Of a DNA stretch of 64,000 bases, positions 58,601 through 64,000 are shown one piece after another. The position numbers and the translations under genes are program-made. Below the pieces are notes generated by a model. It ran no database searches. It had not been told where the DNA came from and was given only the letters and a program-made list of their open reading frames with translations. Each line of letters opens with the position of its first letter. The stretch's first letter is position 1. Origin of the DNA: Auanema rhodensis (Eukaryota > Animalia > Nematoda); the NCBI GenBank assembly GCA_964057225.1, contig OZ059895.1:23808001-23872000 (forward strand), read 5' to 3'.

Positions 58601-60888
58601 TGCTAATTAAATGTACACGTGATGTGCACTTGGTATGTAACTCGCTTCACGTGAAAGATAAAGAGATGCGGTTTTCAAAATTAGATTCCCCATGTCCATA
58701 TTAGTCTAAAAACAGATTTTTATTGATATTGGTGCATGGTAACCATGACTTTGAAATTTACGTGAACTTTAATTTATGCTAATTAAATGTACACGTGATG
58801 TGCACTTGGTATGTAACTCGCTTCACGTGAAAGATAAAGAGATGCGGTTTTCAAAATTAGATTCCCCATGTACATATTAGTCTAAAAACAAATTTTTATT
58901 GATATTGGTTCATGGTAACCATGACTTTGAAATTTACGTGAACTTTAATTTATGCTAATTAAATGTACACGTGATGTGCACTTGGTATGTAACTCGCTTC
59001 ACGTGGAAGATAAAGAGATGCGGTTTTCAAAATTAGATTCCCCATGTCCATATTAGTCTAAAAACAAATTTTTATTGATATTGGTGCATGGTAACCATGA
59101 CTTTGAAATTTACGTGAACTTTAATTTATGCTAATTAAATGTACACGTGATGTGCACTTGGTATGTAACTCGCTTCACGTGAAAGATAAAGAGATGCGGT
59201 TTTCAAAATTAGATTCCCCATGTCCATATTAGTCTAAAAACAAATTTTTATTGATATTGGTGCATGGTAACCATGACTTTGAAATTTACGTGAACTTTAA
59301 TTTATGCTAATTAAATGTACACGTGATGTGCACTTGGTATGTAACTCGCTTCACGTGAAAGATAAAGAGATGCGGTTTTCAAAATTAGATTCCTCATGTC
59401 CATATTAGTCTAAAAACAAATTTTTATTGATATTGGTGCATGGTAACCATGACTTTGAAATTTACGTGAACTTTAATTTATGCTAATTAAATGTACACGT
59501 GATGTGCACTTGGTATGTAACTCGCTTCACGTGAAAGATAAAGAGATGCGGTTTTCAAAATTAGATTCCCCATGTCCATATTAGTCTAAAAACAGATTTT
59601 TATTGATATTGGTGCATGGTAACCATGACTTTGAAATTTACGTGAACTTTAATTTATGCTAATTAAATGTACACGTGATGTGCACTTGGTATGTAACTCG
59701 CTTCACGTGAAAGATAAAGAGATGCGGTTTTCAAAATTAGATTCCCCATGTACATATTAGTCTAAAAACAAATTTTTATTGATATTGGTTCATGGTAACC
59801 ATGACTTTGAAATTTACGTGAACTTTAATTTATGCTAATTAAATGTACACGTGATGTGCACTTGGTATGTAACTCGCTTCACGTGGAAGATAAAGAGATG
59901 CGGTTTTCAAAATTAGATTCCCCATGTCCATATTAGTCTAAAAACAAATTTTTATTGATATTGGTGCATGGTAACCATGACTTTGAAATTTACGTGAACT
60001 TTAATTTATGCTAATTAAATGTACACGTGATGTGCACTTGGTATGTAACTCGCTTCACGTGAAAGATAAAGAGATGCGGTTTTCAAAATTAGATTCCCCA
60101 TGTCCATATTAGTCTAAAAACAAATTTTTATTGATATTGGTGCATGGTAACCATGACTTTGAAATTTACGTGAACTTTAATTTATGCTAATTAAATGTAC
60201 ACGTGATGTGCACTTGGTATGTAACTCGCTTCACGTGAAAGATAAAGAGATGCGGTTTTCAAAATTAGATTCCTCATGTCCATATTAGTCTAAAAACAAA
60301 TTTTTATTGATATTGGTGCATGGTAACCATGACTTTGAAATTTACGTGAACTTTAATTTATGCTAATTAAATGTACACGTGATGTGCACTTGGTATGTAA
60401 CTCGCTTCACGTGGAAGATAAAGAGATGCGGTTTTCAAAATTAGATTCCCCATGTACATATTAGTCTAAAAACAAATTTTTATTGATATTGGTTCATGGT
60501 AACCATGACTTTGAAATTTACGTGAACTTTAATTTATGCTAATTAAATGTACACGTGATGTGCACTTGGTATGTAACTCGCTTCACGTGGAAGATAAAGA
60601 GATGCGGTTTTCAAAATTAGATTCCCCATGTCCATATTAGTCTAAAAACAAATTTTTATTGATATTGGTGCATGGTAACCATGACTTTGAAATTTACGTG
60701 AACTTTAATTTATGCTAATTAAATGTACACGTGATGTGCACTTGGTATGTAACTCGCTTCACGTGAAAGATAAAGAGATGCGGTTTTCAAAATTAGATTC
60801 CCCATGTCCATATTAGTCTAAAAACAAATTTTTATTGATATTGGTGCATGGTAACCATGACTTTGAAATTTACGTGAACTTTAATTTA
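58601..60888 (+). repeat. 5-monomer higher-order repeat (880 bp), 2 copies plus a partial third
   Basis: A115G+T134G; C96A; A54G+T134G; T134G; C90T+T134G occurs at 58601-59480 and 59481-60360. It is followed by A54G+C96A; A54G+T134G; T134G. Confidence 0.9.
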
Positions 60889-63800
60889 TGCTAATTAAAT
60901 GTACACGTGATGTGCACTTGGTATGTAACTCGCTTCACGTGAAAGATAAAGAGATGCGGTTTTCAAAATTAGATTCCCCATGTCCATATTAGTCTAAAAA
61001 CAAATTTTTATTGATATTGGTTCATGGTAACCATGACTTTGAAATTTACGTGAACTTTAATTTATGCTAATTAAATGTACACGTGATGTGCACTTGGTAT
61101 GTAACTCGCTTCACGTGAAATATAAAGAGATGCGGTTTTCAAAATTAGATTCCCCATGTCCATATTAGTCTAAAAACAAATTTTTATTGATATTGGTGCA
61201 TGGTAACCATGACTTTGAAATTTACGTGAACTTTAATTTATGCTAATTAAATGTACACGTGATGTGCACTTGGTATGTAACTCGCTTCACGTGAAAGATA
61301 AAGAGATGCAGTTTTCAAAATTAGATTCCTCATGTCCATATTAGTCTAAAAACAAATTTTTATTGATATTGGTTCATGGTAAACATGACTTTGAAATTTA
61401 CGTGAACTTTAATTTATGCTAATTAAATGTACACGTGATGTGCACTTGGTATGTAACTCGCTTCACGTGAAAGATAAAGAGATGCGGTTTTCAAAATTAG
61501 ATTCCCCATGTCCATATTAGTCTAAAAACAAATTTTTATTGATATTGGTGCATGGTAACCATGACTTTGAAATTTACGTGAACTTTAATTTATGCTAATT
61601 AAATGTACACGAGATGTGCACTTGGTATGTAACTCGCTTCACGTGAAAGATAAAGAGATGCGGTTTTCAAAATTAGATTCCCCATGTCCATATTAGTCTA
61701 AAAACAAATTTTTATTGATATTGGTGCATGGTAACCATGACTTTGAAATTTACTTGAACTTTAATTTATGCTAATTAAATGTACACGTGATGTGCACTTG
61801 GTATGTAACTCGCTTCACGTGAAAGATAAAGAGATGCGGTTTTCAAAATTAGATTCCCCATGTCCATATTAGTCTAAAAACAAATTTTTATTGATATTAG
61901 TTCATGGTAACCATGACTTTGAAATTTACGTGAACTTTAATTTATGCTAATTAAATGTACACGTGATGTGCACTTGGTATGTAACTCGCTTCACGTGAAA
62001 GATAAAGAGATGCGGTTTTCAAAATTAGATTCCCCATGTCCATATTAGTCTAAAAACAAATTTTTATTGATATTGGTTCATGGTAACCATGACTTTGAAA
62101 TTTACGTGAACTTTAATTTATGCTAATTAAATGTACACGTGATGTGCACTTGGTATGTAACTCGCTTCACGTGAAAGATAAAGAGATGCGGTTTTCAAAA
62201 TTAGATTCCCCATGTCCATATTAGTCTAAAAACAAATTTTTATTGATATTGGTGCATGGTAACCATGACTTTGAAATTTACGTGAACTTTAATTTATGCT
62301 AATTAAATGTACACGTGATGTGCACTTGGTATGTAACTCGCTTCACGTGAAAGATAAAGAGATGCGGTTTTCAAAATTAGATTCCCCATGTCCATATTAG
62401 TCTAAAAACAAATTTTTATTGATATTAGTTCTTGGTAACCATGACTTTGAAATTTACGTGAACTTTAATTTATGCTAATTAAATGTACACGTGATGTGCA
62501 CTTGGTATGTAACTCGCTTCACGTGAAAGATAAAGAGATGCGGTTTTCAAAATTAGATTCCCCATGTCCATATTAGTCTAAAAACAAATTTTTATTGATA
62601 TTGGTTCATGGTAACCATGACTTTGAAATTTACGTGAACTTTAATTTATGCTAATTAAATGTACACGTGATGTGCACTTGGTATGTAACTCGCTTCACGT
62701 GAAAGATAAAGAGATGCGGTTTTCAAAATTAGATTCCCCATGTCCATATTAGTCTAAAAACAAATTTTTATTGATATTGGTTCATGGTAACCATGACTTT
62801 GAAATTTACGTGAACTTTAATTTATGCTAATTAAATGTACACGTGATGTGCACTTGGTATGTAACTCGCTTCACGTGAAAGATAAAGAGATGCGGTTTTC
62901 AAAATTAGATTCCCCATGTCCATATTAGTCTAAAAACAAATTTTTATTGATATTGGTTCATGTTAACCATGACTTTGAAATTTACGTGAACTTTAATTTA
63001 TGCTAATTAAATGTACACGTGATGTGCACTTGGTATGTAACTCGCTTCACGTGAAAGATAAAGAGATGCGGTTTTCAAAATTAGATTCCCCATGTCCATA
63101 TTAGTCTAAAAACAAATTTTTATTGATATTAGTTCATGGTAACCATGACTTTGAAATTTACGTGAACTTTAATTTATGCTAATTAAATGTACACGTGATG
63201 TGCACTTGGTATGTAACTCGCTTCACGTGAAAGATAAAGAGATGCGGTTTTCAAAATTAGATTCCCCATGTCCATATTAGTCTAAAAACAAGTTTTTATT
63301 GATATTGGTGCATGGTAACCATGACTTTGAATTTTACGTGAACTTTAATTTATGCTAATTAAATGTACACGTGATGTGCACTTGGTATGTAACTCGCTTC
63401 ACGTGAAATATAAAGAGATGCGGTTTTTAAAATTAGATTCCCCATGTCCATATTAGTCTAAAAACAAATTTTTATTGATATTGGTTCATGGTAACCATGA
63501 CTTTGAAATTTACGTGAACTTTAATTTATGCTAATTAAATGTACACGTGATGTGCACTTGGTATGTAACTCGCTTCACGTGAAAGATAAAGAGATGCGGT
63601 TTTCAAAATTAGATTCCCCATGTCCATATTAGTCTAAAAACAAATTTTTATTGATATTGGTGCATGGTAACCATGACTTTGAAATTTACGTGAACTTTAA
63701 TTTATGCTAATTAAATGTACACGTGATGTGCACTTGGTATGTAACTCGCTTCACGTGAAAGATAAAGAGATGCGGTTTTCAAAATTAGATTCATCATGTC

Positions 63801-64000
63801 CATATTAGTCTAAAAACAAATTTTTATTGATATTGGTTCATGGTAACCATGACTTTGAAATTTACGTGAACTCTAATTTATGCTAATTAAATGTACACGT
63901 GATGTGCACTTGGTATGTAACTCGCTTCACGTGAAAGAAGAAGAGATGCGGTTTTCAAAATTAGATTCCCCATGTCCATATTAGTCTAAAAACAAATTTT

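Larger units (their letters stand above)
1..64000. repeat. 176-bp tandem satellite DNA array (363 full monomers + 120 bp), extending past both window ends; candidate centromeric/pericentromeric satellite
   Basis: TGCTAATTAAATGTACACGTG recurs at 1, 177, 353, 529, ... 63001, 63881. Phase check: 358 x 176 - 8 = 63000, matching the eight 1-bp deletions seen. No non-repeat sequence or strand switch was seen. The centromeric role is inference only. Confidence 0.99.

Noticed and set aside
1-64000. CRISPR array or bacterial iteron/repeat system
   Set aside because: There are no unique spacers; the whole 176-bp unit repeats. No cas or other genes are present.
1-64000. Transposon insertion, inversion or hidden unique island within the array
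   Set aside because: Monomer phase is fully accounted for from base 1 to 64000 by 176-bp units and eight 1-bp deletions, and all units are in the same orientation.
1-64000. Monomer variant order as an information-bearing code
   Set aside because: The patterns are adequately explained by nested tandem duplication and conversion. Nothing in the sequence supports a read-out mechanism.

Overview
The whole 64-kb window is one uninterrupted, head-to-tail, single-orientation tandem array of a 176-bp AT-rich monomer (about 32% GC by hand count). It holds 363 full copies plus 120 bp; eight copies are 175 bp because of 1-bp deletions. Monomers differ from the consensus by about 0-4 substitutions. This is the architecture of eukaryotic satellite DNA, and it is plausibly centromeric or pericentromeric given the nucleosome-sized unit, but I cannot name the family or organism. 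I found no genes, RNA genes, transposon insertions, inversions or CRISPR spacers. Reading the variant of each monomer reveals nested, locally restricted higher-order repeats (2-, 4-, 5-, 6-, ~8-, 10-, 13-, 17- and 21-mers), dispersed block copies, chimeric junction monomers and three variant domains with boundaries near 21.5 kb and 42 kb. The monomer itself has several dyad symmetries and three ACGTGA cores at 32-33 bp spacing. I see no evidence of a novel gene-based system; the interest lies in satellite structure and evolution. All variant calls were made by eye and should be confirmed computationally. Monomer positions (pos.) are numbered from the TGCTAATT start at base 1.
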